Counted from the first letter of the stretch, positions 29,007 through 41,031 are shown. The stretch is DNA of 64,000 bases from an uncultured Clostridia bacterium (GCA_934129745.1 CAKOWZ010000011.1:1087-65086), one strand, 5' to 3'. Program-made: numbers and translations. The notes: generated by a model from the letters alone, not told the origin.

Positions 29007-30513
29007 AGAAGTTGAAAAAATAAAAAAAAGTGTAAAATCTGTTAGAATAAAGCTATTTTTAACATTATGTATTACAATAAGTGCCATAATTTTGCTTCTT
29101 GTTCTTATAAATACTGTTGTTCTTGAAAAATTTTATTTATATAACAAAACAAGAGGAATGATAAATATATATGAACAAATAAATGATATATATAATCATA
29201 AAATTGATAAAACAGAAATAGGGACAACCTTAGAAAATATTTCAATTAAAAATAATCTTGATATATTGATTAAATCAGATGAAAATATAATATTACTTGA
29301 AAGTAATAATTATAAATCAAATGAAAAGAATGAAAGCGAATTTTTTGAAGAACTTTGTGATGGAGAAAATGAAACAAGGAAAATTTTTAAAGAAAAAAAT
29401 GTTACAGTAAAATTAATAAAAGATGTTTCTTCAGGAGCTAATTATATAGTTAGTTCATCTAAATTAGATAATGGCTTAAACCTATATATGGCAACTCCTA
29501 CAGGAGATTTACAAGAAAGTGCGAGAATTTCTAATAATGTTTTAATAACAGTTGGAAGTATAGTAATCATAGTTTCTGGAATAATATCTTCATTTGTATC
29601 AAAAAGATTTACAGCACCAATAGTTCAGTTAAATACAATTGCTCAAAAAATGTCAAATTTAGATTTTTCACAAAAATATCAAATAGATGAAACTGATGAT
29701 GAAATAAATAATTTGGGAAATAGTATTAACATAATGTCAGATAAACTTGAAAAAACAATTAAACAATTAACAGTAAATAATAGTGAACTTGAAAAAGATA
29801 TAGAAAAAAAATCAAAAATTGATGAAATGAGAAAACAATTTATTTCAGATGTATCACATGAATTAAAAACACCGATTGCATTAATACAAGGGTATGCAGA
29901 GGGATTGGTAGAAAATGTAAATACAGATGATGAATCAAGGGAATTTTATGCAAATGTTATTTTAGATGAAGCAAATAAAATGGATAGATTAGTAAAACAA
30001 TTATTAGAATTAATGAGTCTTGAATATGGAAAACGTGAATTTAATAATGAAAATTTTGATATTGTTGGACTTATAAATGAGGTTATTAGAAAAAGTAATT
30101 TGATGTTACAAGAAAATGAAGTAAAAATTAATTTTGAGGAAAAAGAACCTGTGATTGTATATGCTGATAGTTTTTATATAGAACAGGTTGTGACTAATTA
30201 TGTAACAAATGCTATTAAATATTCAGAAAAAATTAATGATGAAAAGAAAATAGTTATAAGTATTGAAAAACGTGAAAATAATAAGATTAGAGTTAATGTT
30301 TTCAATAGTGGAAATTCTCTTGATGAAAATGAATTACAAAGAATTTGGGGAAGATTTTATAAAATTGATCAATCACGTAATAGAGATAAAGGAGGAACTG
30401 GAATAGGATTATCTTTTGTTAAAGCTATTATGAATAATTACCAAAATGATTATGGTGCTATGAACAAAGATGGTGGACTTGAATTTTATTTTGAATTAAA
30501 TGAAGGAAAATAA
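28978..30513 (+). CDS. sensor histidine kinase (TM-HAMP-HisKA-HATPase)
   Basis: H-box SDVSHELKTPIA, followed by N-, G1- and G2-boxes (GGTGIGLSFV). The exact start is uncertain and overlaps the regulator. Confidence 0.85.
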   Translation: MWDINLKLNKEVEKIKKSVKSVRIKLFLTLCITISAIILLLVLINTVVLEKFYLYNKTRGMINIYEQINDIYNHKIDKTEIGTTLENISIKNNLDILIKSDENIILLESNNYKSNEKNESEFFEELCDGENETRKIFKEKNVTVKLIKDVSSGANYIVSSSKLDNGLNLYMATPTGDLQESARISNNVLITVGSIVIIVSGIISSFVSKRFTAPIVQLNTIAQKMSNLDFSQKYQIDETDDEINNLGNSINIMSDKLEKTIKQLTVNNSELEKDIEKKSKIDEMRKQFISDVSHELKTPIALIQGYAEGLVENVNTDDESREFYANVILDEANKMDRLVKQLLELMSLEYGKREFNNENFDIVGLINEVIRKSNLMLQENEVKINFEEKEPVIVYADSFYIEQVVTNYVTNAIKYSEKINDEKKIVISIEKRENNKIRVNVFNSGNSLDENELQRIWGRFYKIDQSRNRDKGGTGIGLSFVKAIMNNYQNDYGAMNKDGGLEFYFELNEGK

Positions 30514-30702
30514 AATTCAACTTAAAAATAAATATTTGGAACAATTTTGAGTAATTTTCAGTACACATACAAAAAATTGCTGCAAAAAATTATAAATTTA
30601 AATTACAAAAGCCAAAAAATGCTCTCTAATACTTGACTTTTTGCCAAAAAAAACATATTATAAGATAAATAAAATTAATAAAACAAAGGAGAGACTAAGC
30701 AT

Positions 30703-31581
30703 ATGTATACTCAAATATTAACATCAAAAAACGGCGGGGAATTAATAAGTTTCAAGTTAAATGGAAAAGAAAGAATACATCAAGGTGTAGATTGTGTAGA
30801 TGAAAATGGTAAAGTTTATTGGAAAAGACATTCACCAGTACTGTTCCCAATTGTAGGAAAATTAAAAAGAAATCAAACAATAATAAATGCACGAACATAT
30901 GAAATGTTTCAACATGGATTTGCTAGAGATCAAGAATTTGAGCCAATAACAAAATTAAATAATTTTCATTCTTATGTGTTAAAAAGTAATAGAAATACAT
31001 TAACTAGATATCCTTTTGATTTTGAGTTATATACAACATATAGGCTTGATGAAAATAGATTAACAACAATATATAAAGTAATAAACACAGGAAAAGCAAA
31101 TATGCCATTTTGTATAGGAGGACATCCTGCATTTAAAATAGATGCAGAAGCATTTAAAAATGGTGATTATTATCTTGAATTTGAAGAAGATGAAGATAAA
31201 ATACATTTCCTATATTTAGTAGATGGATTAATTGGAACAGATTATGCACAAAATAAAATTGTAGACAAAAGAAAAATCTTTTTAGATAAAGATTCATTTA
31301 ATAATGATGCAATAATTATGAAAGGAATGATATCATCAAAAGTAACATTAATGAGAAAATCAACTCAAAGACGTGTACTAACAATGGACTTCTCAGAATT
31401 CCCATATTTAGCATTATGGTCAAAACCAGGAGCTCCATTTTTGTGTATAGAACCATGGCATGGAATGTCAGATTCAATTAAAAGTAGCGGTATTTTTACA
31501 GAAAAAACCTCAATTATTTTGCTAAAACCTAACGAGGAATTTGATTGCAAATATACAGTTGAGTTTTATGATGAAAAATAA
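30703..31581 (+). CDS. aldose-1-epimerase (mutarotase) family protein, LacX/YihR-like
   Basis: β-sandwich family motifs FPIVGK...FQHGFARD...EPWHG. Confidence 0.55.
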   Translation: MYTQILTSKNGGELISFKLNGKERIHQGVDCVDENGKVYWKRHSPVLFPIVGKLKRNQTIINARTYEMFQHGFARDQEFEPITKLNNFHSYVLKSNRNTLTRYPFDFELYTTYRLDENRLTTIYKVINTGKANMPFCIGGHPAFKIDAEAFKNGDYYLEFEEDEDKIHFLYLVDGLIGTDYAQNKIVDKRKIFLDKDSFNNDAIIMKGMISSKVTLMRKSTQRRVLTMDFSEFPYLALWSKPGAPFLCIEPWHGMSDSIKSSGIFTEKTSIILLKPNEEFDCKYTVEFYDEK

Positions 31582-31633
31582 TGTACAATTGGGGACGCGT
31601 CCCAATTGCACACATTGTGCAATCAGAGACATA
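31581..31633 (-). repeat. GC-rich nested-palindrome repeat element, copy A (inverted orientation)
   Basis: The reverse complement reads CTATGTCTCTGATTGCACAATGTGTGCAATTGGGACGCGTCCCCAATTGTACAT, matching the copies at 32451 and 61939. Confidence 0.7.
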
Positions 31634-31737
31634 GTATATGCTGCTTATAAATAGAAAATACTAATCAGAATATCATATGAGATAATATATGATATTTGAA
31701 TTGTATTAATAAAAATAGATTAAAGGATGTTTGAAAT

Positions 31738-31920
31738 ATGGATAAAGTTTTGTGTTTAATTGGTTTAATTATAATTGCAATAGGAATGGTTTGTATTTAT
31801 GATGCTAGAAAAATAACAAAAAAATTTTTTAGTTCAAGTGATAGAAATAATGCAACTAAAACTGCCAAGATTGTTGGATTTGTTGTATGTGTGATTGGAA
31901 GTGCTTTTATTTTAATTTAG
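31738..31920 (+). CDS. small 2-TM membrane protein
   Basis: 60 aa with two hydrophobic helices and an upstream RBS. Confidence 0.4.
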   Translation: MDKVLCLIGLIIIAIGMVCIYDARKITKKFFSSSDRNNATKTAKIVGFVVCVIGSAFILI

Positions 31921-32029
31921 ATTACATTTTAAATTAGATTATATTTTAATTTAGGTTAAGTATTGCATTTACAAGAAATTTATGTTAATATATTAAATAT
32001 AGTTAAAAACAAAGAAAAAGAGGAGTAAA

Positions 32030-32367
32030 TTTAATAAATTATTTAGAGAATAGAAGTGATACGCTGAAAGCTTCTTATAATAAATTAAATTGAAGGTAGC
32101 TTTGGAGTTGATAATTTGAAAAATATAATCTGAAAGAAATTAGATTGAATTTAATATTATTAAATTATACAATGCTAATAAAAATCAAAAATTAAAAACA
32201 GATTAGAAATTTAGTAGAATTATCCGTTTAAGCAACGTTAAAAGCTAATTAAGATGTTATGTATTATCACAATATACATTAAAATTAAAATATATATGTG
32301 ATTATATAATAAATTAAGGTGGTAACGTGAAGATGACTTCGCCCTTATTGTAGGGTGAAGTTTTTTG
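32030..32367 (+). promoter_or_regulatory. T-box riboswitch leader of valS, with intrinsic terminator at 32336-32367
   Basis: The T-box conserved sequence is aattaaggtggtaacgtg. It is followed by a terminator hairpin cttcgccc / gggtgaag plus TTTTTT. The 5' boundary is approximate. Confidence 0.55.
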
Positions 32368-32450
32368 ATTTTCAGATGTAAATGAAACTTTTAGATTTTA
32401 TATATAAATGAGAATTTCTAAAACATAAAAATACAATTGAAAATTAAAAT

Positions 32451-32503
32451 ATCTGTCCCAGATTGCACGATGTGTGCAATTGGGACGCGTCCCCAATTGA
32501 ACA
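32451..32503 (+). repeat. GC-rich nested-palindrome repeat element, copy B, between the T-box terminator and the valS RBS
   Basis: Sequence ATCTGTCCCAGATTGCACGATGTGTGCAATTGGGACGCGTCCCCAATTGAACA. Confidence 0.7.
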
Positions 32504-32517
32504 AGGAGGAGATAAAA

Positions 32518-35169
32518 GTGGAACACAAATTAAATGACAAGTACAACCCACAGGAATTTGAAGAAAAATTATATGATAAGTGGGAAAAGAATGGCTATTT
32601 TAAGCCAAGTATGGATAAAACAAAAGAAAGTTATTGTATTATGATGCCACCTCCAAATGTAACAGGTAAGTTGCATATGGGGCATGCATTAGATGCTGCA
32701 ATTCAAGATTTTTTAATTAGATATAAAAGGATGCAAGGATTTAATACTTTATGGCTTCCTGGTACAGACCATGCTGCTATTTCTACAGAGATGAAGGTTG
32801 TTCAGGAGTTGAGAAAACAAGGTGTAAAAAAATCTGATTTAACTAGAGAACAATTTTTGGAAAAGGCTTGGGAGTGGACACATGAGTATGGTGGAACTAT
32901 TCAAAAACAACAACGTAAAATGGGGTGTTCTTGTGATTGGGATAGAAGTCGTTTTACAATGGATGAAGGATTGTCTAAATCAGTTGAAGAGGCTTTTTTC
33001 AGATTATATGAAAAGGGATATATTTATAAAGGAAAAAGAATGATTAATTGGTGTCCAAATTGTAAAACATCAATTTCAGATGCTGAGGTTGAATATAAAG
33101 AAGAAGATTCACATATTTGGCATTTAAAATATCCTATAAAAGATTCAGAAGAAGGTGAACAAGATTATTTAGTAGTTGCAACAACAAGACCTGAAACAAT
33201 GCTTGGGGATACTGGTGTTGCTGTAAATCCAAAAGATGAAAGATTTAAACATTTGATAGGAAAAAAATGTATATTACCATTAATGAATAAAGAAATTCCA
33301 ATTATTGCAGATCCATTTGTTGATATGGAATTTGGTACAGGATGTGTTAAATTAACTCCATGTCATGATCCAAATGATTATCAAGCAGGTAAGAAAAATA
33401 ATCTTGAATTTGTTGAAGTATTTGATAGTAATTTAATAATGAATGATTTAATACCAGAAGTTGCTGGAATGAATGCATATGATGCAAGAGAATTTATTGT
33501 TAAAATGCTTGATGAACAAGGATTTTTAGTTAAAATTGAAGATTATACACATAATGTTGCAAAATGTGAAAGATGTAAAACAACAATAGAACCAACAATT
33601 TCAGACCAATGGTTTGTAAAAATGGATGAACTTGCAAAACCTGCAATTAAAGAAGTTAGAAGTGGGGATATTAAATTTATTCCAAATAAATATGATAAAA
33701 CATATTTCAATTGGATGGAAAATCTACAAGATTGGTGTATATCTAGACAATTATATTGGGGACACAGAATTCCTGCTTATTATTGTGATGAATGTGGAGA
33801 AATTCATGTTTCAAGAACAATGCCAGAAAAATGTAATAAATGCGGATGTACACATTTAACACAAGATCAAGATACATTAGACACATGGTTTAGTTCAGCA
33901 TTATGGCCATTTTCAACACTTGGTTGGCCAGATAATACTGAAGATTTAAAAACATTTTATCCAACAAATGCAATTGTTACAGGATATGATATTATAACTT
34001 TATGGATTTCAAGAATGATATTCTCAGGAATGGAATATTTGGGACAAAAGCCATTTTCAGACATAATAATTCATGGTTTAGTTCGTGATGAACATGGTGT
34101 AAAAATGAGTAAATCATTAGGAAATGGTGTTGATCCATTAGAAGTTGTTGCAAAATATGGTGCAGATGCATTAAGATTTTCATTAATATTAGGAATTTCA
34201 TTTGGAAATGATATTAGATATATTCCAGCAAAAGTAGAACAAGGTGCAAATTTTGCAAATAAATTATGGAATGCATCAAAATTTGTATTAATGAATTTAG
34301 AAGATTATGAAGAAAATGATGGTCAAAATTGTGATTTAAGTAAACTTGCAATTGAAGATAAATGGATATTATCAAAAGCAAATAGATTAGCTAAAGAAAT
34401 TGCAACAAATATTGATAATTATGATTTAGGTGTTGCAACACAAAAAATATATGATTTTATTTGGAATGAATTTTGTGATTGGTATATTGAAATTGTAAAA
34501 ACACGTTTATATGATAAAAATTGTGATACAAGAAAACAAGCTCAATTTACATTAAATACAGTTTTAGAATATAGTTTAAAAATGTTACATCCAATTATGC
34601 CTTTTGTTACAGAAGAAATTTATACAAAATTATATAATAATGATGAAACAATAATGACATCAAATTGGCCTCAATTTAAAGAAGAATTTAATTTTGAATT
34701 AGAAGAAAATGAAATTGAATTATTAAAACAAATTATTGGAGATATAAGAAATTTACGTAATAATATGAATGTTCATCCTTCTAAAAAAGCAAAATTAATA
34801 TTTGTTACTGAGAAATATAATGATTTAATAAAACAAAGTGAACAATTTTTATTAAAACTAGGATTTGGTAGTGAAATTGAAGTAAAATCTAGTAAGGAAA
34901 ATATACCAGATAATGCTGTTTCAATTTTAAAACAGGATTTAGAATTATATATGCCTTTTGAAGATTTAGTTGATTTAGAAGCAGAAAAACAAAGATTAGA
35001 GGGAGAAAAAATTAAACTTGAATCAGAAGTTGAAAGAGCTAAAAAAATGCTTTCAAACTCAGGATTTGTAAATAAGGCTCCTGAAAGTAAAATTAATGAG
35101 GAAAAAGAAAAATTGGCTAAATATGAAGAAATGTTGAAAAATACGGTTGAAAGATTAGCTAGTATGTAG
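32518..35169 (+). CDS. valS: valine--tRNA ligase
   Basis: HMGHAL (HIGH), KMSKS, and a C-terminal coiled coil. The start is probably the GTG at 32518, with an AAGGAGG RBS 8 nt upstream. The ORF-track start at 32437 would translate the repeat element. Confidence 0.9.
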   Translation: MEHKLNDKYNPQEFEEKLYDKWEKNGYFKPSMDKTKESYCIMMPPPNVTGKLHMGHALDAAIQDFLIRYKRMQGFNTLWLPGTDHAAISTEMKVVQELRKQGVKKSDLTREQFLEKAWEWTHEYGGTIQKQQRKMGCSCDWDRSRFTMDEGLSKSVEEAFFRLYEKGYIYKGKRMINWCPNCKTSISDAEVEYKEEDSHIWHLKYPIKDSEEGEQDYLVVATTRPETMLGDTGVAVNPKDERFKHLIGKKCILPLMNKEIPIIADPFVDMEFGTGCVKLTPCHDPNDYQAGKKNNLEFVEVFDSNLIMNDLIPEVAGMNAYDAREFIVKMLDEQGFLVKIEDYTHNVAKCERCKTTIEPTISDQWFVKMDELAKPAIKEVRSGDIKFIPNKYDKTYFNWMENLQDWCISRQLYWGHRIPAYYCDECGEIHVSRTMPEKCNKCGCTHLTQDQDTLDTWFSSALWPFSTLGWPDNTEDLKTFYPTNAIVTGYDIITLWISRMIFSGMEYLGQKPFSDIIIHGLVRDEHGVKMSKSLGNGVDPLEVVAKYGADALRFSLILGISFGNDIRYIPAKVEQGANFANKLWNASKFVLMNLEDYEENDGQNCDLSKLAIEDKWILSKANRLAKEIATNIDNYDLGVATQKIYDFIWNEFCDWYIEIVKTRLYDKNCDTRKQAQFTLNTVLEYSLKMLHPIMPFVTEEIYTKLYNNDETIMTSNWPQFKEEFNFELEENEIELLKQIIGDIRNLRNNMNVHPSKKAKLIFVTEKYNDLIKQSEQFLLKLGFGSEIEVKSSKENIPDNAVSILKQDLELYMPFEDLVDLEAEKQRLEGEKIKLESEVERAKKMLSNSGFVNKAPESKINEEKEKLAKYEEMLKNTVERLASM

Positions 35170-35261
35170 GTAAAATGAAAGATTAAAAAATTAAAGTGTA
35201 GATACTAGAGGATAAATTTAAAGAATAGATACTAAAGTATTAAAATATAAATATTATAATA

Positions 35262-35400
35262 TAAATGTCAAACTATAAATATTAAAGCATAAATATTAAA
35301 GTATAAATATTAAAGTATAAATATTAAAGTATAAATATTAAAACATAGATATTAGAGTGCAAATATTAATGCATAAATATTAGAACATAAATAGTAAAGA
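35262..35400. repeat. tandem array of a roughly 14-bp unit (rtataaatattaaa, about 10 copies) in the valS 3' region
   Basis: Direct inspection of the sequence. Confidence 0.7.
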
Positions 35401-35402
35401 AA

Positions 35403-35446
35403 AACCTGAAAAGAAGTTATAAATGATTTCTTTTCAGGTTTTTTAT
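35403..35446 (+). terminator. rho-independent terminator
   Basis: Hairpin aacctgaaaag / cttttcaggtt followed by TTTTTT. Confidence 0.75.
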
Positions 35447-35715
35447 ATTTTGGTGGTAATAAATAAATCAAAAATAATTCATAAAATTTATTTATTCGAC
35501 AAGATTCGACAAAAAATCCGAGAGAAATGTAGTAGAATATACAAAGTAGGAATCACAAAAATAATAAGTACAAAATAATAAATACAAAAATTTGTAATCA
35601 AAACAAAAAAATATAACTAATAAATATTATAATAAAAGGAAAAATAATCCAACCAAATATGTGAATAATTTTAACAATTTTAAACAAATTAATTATAAAG
35701 GAGTGGATGATAAAA

Positions 35716-36248
35716 TGAATGATAAAGATAATGACAAAATAAATGAAAAATCAAAAAAAATAAAATTAATTATAGCAGAAGATAACAAAGAATTTAATAA
35801 TATACTTAAACAGATTCTAGAGTCAAATGACAAAATTGAAGTTATTGGAAGTTGTTATTCAGATGAGCAAGAATTACAAATGATTGAAAAACTTCATCCA
35901 GAAATAGTGATAACAGATTTGGTTAGAAATGGTAAAAAATCAGGTTTAGAAATAATAAAAAAATGTAAAGAAAAATCAAATATTCCAAAATTTTTAGTGA
36001 TAACAGCTGGAGGTGATGATGAAATTGATTGTGATATTATTGATGGATTAATAAAAAAGCCTATTATAAATTATGAAATTATTGTTGACCAATTATTAAT
36101 ACTAAAAAAACAAATAATGCAAGAAACATTGCGTATTTCAAATGATAATGATACGATGGTTCATGTTGGTAATATTTTTAATGATTTTAGTAAAAAATTT
36201 GGGAACAATAAAAAAAGAAAATTTGAAAAGATAATTAAAAATCTATAA
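35716..36248 (+). CDS. stand-alone response-regulator receiver-domain protein (CheY/Spo0F-like) with a short C-terminal extension
   Basis: LIIAEDN...IVITDLVRNG...LIKKP matches the receiver-domain acidic pocket, phospho-Asp and conserved Lys. An AAAGGAG RBS lies upstream. Confidence 0.5.
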
Positions 36249-36413
36249 AGAAAGGTAACGAAGTAAATTTTCGTTTTTTATTTGTTCTATTTAACAACTA
36301 CAAACCACATAAAATAAACAATTGTAGTTGATAATAAAATCAAAAAATAAGTGAGATAATACTAGCAAATGATAAAAATAAATGTTGCTAGTATTGGAGG
36401 AATTAATAGTAAA

Positions 36414-36833
36414 ATGAGTAGAACAGATAGATATGAATATCAAGATTGGGATGGATTTGGTGCAAGAACACGAAACTATAGACTTGCAATAGGACTTACA
36501 AAAGAGACTTTTGCAGATATGATAAATCGTTCTGAAAATTATGTATCAGAATTGGAAAAAGGTAATAGTAGTTGCAGTGTTCATACTTTATACCAGATTT
36601 CACAAGCATTGAAAGTTCCTAGCGATAGTTTGCTTTATGAGGAAAATGAAGCATATATGAAAGATGATTATAGTGATAAGGAGATTTTGAAAAATATTAT
36701 AGATAGATGTAGTGATGAGGAAGTAGCTGTTATTAAAGATTTGATTACAGCAGCATATCCTAATTTGGATAAAATGACTGCTAATAGAAAGATTGGAAAA
36801 GAAAAAAATAAGAATTGTGAAAATAAGAAATAA
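36414..36833 (+). CDS. XRE-family HTH transcriptional regulator
   Basis: The HTH_3-like helix reads LAIGLTKETFADMINRSENYVSELEKG. The start is uncertain. Confidence 0.5.
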   Translation: MSRTDRYEYQDWDGFGARTRNYRLAIGLTKETFADMINRSENYVSELEKGNSSCSVHTLYQISQALKVPSDSLLYEENEAYMKDDYSDKEILKNIIDRCSDEEVAVIKDLITAAYPNLDKMTANRKIGKEKNKNCENKK

Positions 36834-36938
36834 AATTTTTTTAGTTAATATTTTGGAAACTTTAATTTTAGCTGGTATCATAAGTGGTGGTACTGGCTTA
36901 TGTTGCTTGTGAAAAACTTGAAAACAAAACTAAAATAT

Positions 36939-37000
36939 TTTTCAATATTTTGCTATGAGTTGAATATTTTGATATGAGTCAAATATTTTGCTATCGTCAA
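36939..37000. repeat. three roughly 20-bp tandem repeats (aatattttgctatgagttg-like)
   Basis: Direct inspection of the sequence. Confidence 0.5.
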
Positions 37001-37012
37001 GTGAAAAGTTAA

Positions 37013-38824
<1,812 letters not shown>

Positions 38825-38844
38825 AAAGAAAGGAATGTTTAAAC

Positions 38845-39030
38845 ATGAATGATAATGTTAAATTGGATATTGCAATTGAAATAATGTCAAGTAAGGTTGC
38901 AGATGTAATGGAAGGAAAAAATAAAAAAGAAATAGATAAGATACTTGAAGAAAGGGAACAAATGTATCTTGGAAATTGGGAAGTTATTAATAAAATTCTT
39001 ACTGAATATAGTGAAGATGTAAAAAGGTGA
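38845..39030 (+). CDS. small helical protein directly upstream of two zeta-toxin-like genes, a candidate epsilon-like antitoxin
   Basis: 61 aa, charged and helical in composition, with position and overlap as in a toxin-antitoxin module. No sequence motif was recognised. Confidence 0.3.
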   Translation: MNDNVKLDIAIEIMSSKVADVMEGKNKKEIDKILEEREQMYLGNWEVINKILTEYSEDVKR

Positions 39031-39044
39031 AAGGGAGTAAAAAA

Positions 39045-39911
39045 ATGAATTATGAACAAAGTTTAGAAAAGATTAAAGAAAAATATGTTCTTAATAATGA
39101 ACAATTTCAAGAAATGTATGAAAAATGTAAAAAGATATCTTTTTATAATTGTGAAAAAAGTAATAATCCAGTTGCAGTGTTTACAGGAGGACAAACAGGA
39201 TCAGGAAAAGGTGGAATAGATGTTTTCTCAGGAAGAGAAGTTCATAAAAATGGAGAGCATATGGCTGTTTTAGATGTTGATGTGTACAGAGCAACATTTC
39301 CTTATACAAAAGAAATTTTAAAAAAATATCCTACAATGTATTCAGATATTACAGCTGAAGTTACAGGCAAAATTGTAAATAGGATTATTAATGAAGCAGC
39401 TGAAAATAGATTTAATTTTGTTTTTGAGGGAACATTGAGAAATACTCAACCATTTGAAACATTAAAATCAATGCCTAATGATTACAAAAAAATAATTAGA
39501 GTAATGGCTGTTTCAAATATTGAAAGTTTACTAACAGCATTTGAAAGAAATTATGAACAAATTAAATTAACAGGATATGGAAGATTTACAAATGTTGAAA
39601 CTCACAACAAAACATATAATGGTGTATTGGATAGTGTCAAAAAAATTGAAAAGAATAATGAAAATGTGATTATTGAAATATTTAAAAGAGGAAAAGATAT
39701 GGTTTCTCCAATAAAGATATTTAGTACAAGTGAAAAGTCTAATAAACTTGCAAGTGAGGTATTATCTGAGCAAAGAAACATTGATAAAAATTTATATAAA
39801 GAAGAAAGAGCAAAAAGATTAAAGGTTTTGCTTGAAACTTTAAGTCCAAAGGATGAATTTGAAAAAATACAATTTGAAAAACTGAGGGATGAATTAAATT
39901 TTTTGATTTAA
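39045..39911 (+). CDS. zeta-toxin-like P-loop kinase (AAA_33/Zeta_toxin family)
   Basis: Walker A FTGGQTGSGKGG (zeta/PezT GGQxGxGK) and FEGTLRN motif. Confidence 0.6.
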   Translation: MNYEQSLEKIKEKYVLNNEQFQEMYEKCKKISFYNCEKSNNPVAVFTGGQTGSGKGGIDVFSGREVHKNGEHMAVLDVDVYRATFPYTKEILKKYPTMYSDITAEVTGKIVNRIINEAAENRFNFVFEGTLRNTQPFETLKSMPNDYKKIIRVMAVSNIESLLTAFERNYEQIKLTGYGRFTNVETHNKTYNGVLDSVKKIEKNNENVIIEIFKRGKDMVSPIKIFSTSEKSNKLASEVLSEQRNIDKNLYKEERAKRLKVLLETLSPKDEFEKIQFEKLRDELNFLI

Positions 39912-39927
39912 AAATTATATAAAAGGA

Positions 39928-40923
39928 ATGGAAAAAATGGAATTAGAAGAGGCAATTAAAAAATATAAGATAAATGTTCCTACTGATGAGGAATTTTACA
40001 GTGAAGAATATAGAAAATACTTTGAAGAAAATGTAAAAAATGAAGAATTAAAAATAAAATATGGCAAATATGAAGAATTTCATAAAATGTATATAGAAAG
40101 TTTCTATGTTACATTTTATAGAGCACAAAGAAAGTTTAACTCAAAAAATAAATCTATTGCTAATTCAGAAGCTGTAATATTAGGAGGACAGGTAGGAGCA
40201 GGAAAAGGAGGTTTAGTATCTGTTGCAAAAAGAGAATTTGAAGAGCAGGGAAAAGAGGTTTTTCTGATTGATGATGATCAATATAGGAAATTTTATCCGA
40301 AAGAAAAAAGAAAAGGTATATTAAAAGAGTGTCCAGAATTTTATACTAAAATTACTGCAATTGGAAGTTCAAGTATAACTCCTAAAATTATGAAATATGC
40401 ATCTGATAATGGATTAAATTTTATCTTTGATGGTACAATGAAAAATCCAAGAATTATAGAAACAGCAATGATGTGGAATAATTACAAAATTAATTGGAAA
40501 GTAATGGGAACATCTAAAGTGGAAAGTTTAATTTCTGTGTTTGAAAGAAATGAAATTTTAAGGAAAAGAAAAGATTGTAGATTTATTACAGTTGATGTTC
40601 ATAATGAAACATATTATGGATTAGAAAATACAGTAATGTTGTTGGAAAGTATTTCGAATATTGGAAAAATACAGGTGTATAAAAGAGGTAATAAACCTGA
40701 ATCACCAATAAAAATTTATGATTCTAAAGAAAAAGATCATAAGTATGAAACTGCTGTATCAGCATTAAAGGAAGCAAGGAAACAAGACAAAGAAAGGTGT
40801 ATTAGAGGAGTAAGTTCAAGAATAAAAAAATTAAAAAATTGTAATAAAAATAGAAATGAGGCAGAAAAAGTAGCTTTAGATGAATTAGAAAAAGCAATAC
40901 AGTTAGAAGAACTAGAAAAATAA
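39928..40923 (+). CDS. second zeta-toxin-like P-loop kinase, a tandem paralog
   Basis: Walker A ILGGQVGAGKGG and FDGTMKN. The order of motifs is the same as in the upstream paralog. Confidence 0.6.
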   Translation: MEKMELEEAIKKYKINVPTDEEFYSEEYRKYFEENVKNEELKIKYGKYEEFHKMYIESFYVTFYRAQRKFNSKNKSIANSEAVILGGQVGAGKGGLVSVAKREFEEQGKEVFLIDDDQYRKFYPKEKRKGILKECPEFYTKITAIGSSSITPKIMKYASDNGLNFIFDGTMKNPRIIETAMMWNNYKINWKVMGTSKVESLISVFERNEILRKRKDCRFITVDVHNETYYGLENTVMLLESISNIGKIQVYKRGNKPESPIKIYDSKEKDHKYETAVSALKEARKQDKERCIRGVSSRIKKLKNCNKNRNEAEKVALDELEKAIQLEELEK

Positions 40924-40973
40924 TAATAAATGGAAAATGAATTGTGAATTTTATGTGAATTTAATAAAAACAT

Positions 40974-41002
40974 ATTGACAAATACAAAATATGGGTGTAA
41001 AT
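40974..41002 (+). promoter_or_regulatory. sigma-A promoter of groESL (TTGACA-N17-TAAATT)
   Basis: Read directly from the sequence. Confidence 0.5.
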
Positions 41003-41004
41003 TA

Positions 41005-41031
41005 TTAGCAGTCTTAAATAAAGACTGCTAA
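41005..41031 (+). promoter_or_regulatory. CIRCE operator (HrcA binding site)
   Basis: TTAGCAGTC-N9-GACTGCTAA compared with the consensus TTAGCACTC-N9-GAGTGCTAA. Confidence 0.85.

Noticed and set aside
32437-32517. ORF-track start of valS at 32437 (MKIKISVPDCTMCAIGTRPQLNKEEIK...)
   Set aside because: These codons are the translation of the palindromic repeat element. There is no RBS, and ValS homology together with a strong AAGGAGG RBS point to the GTG at 32518.
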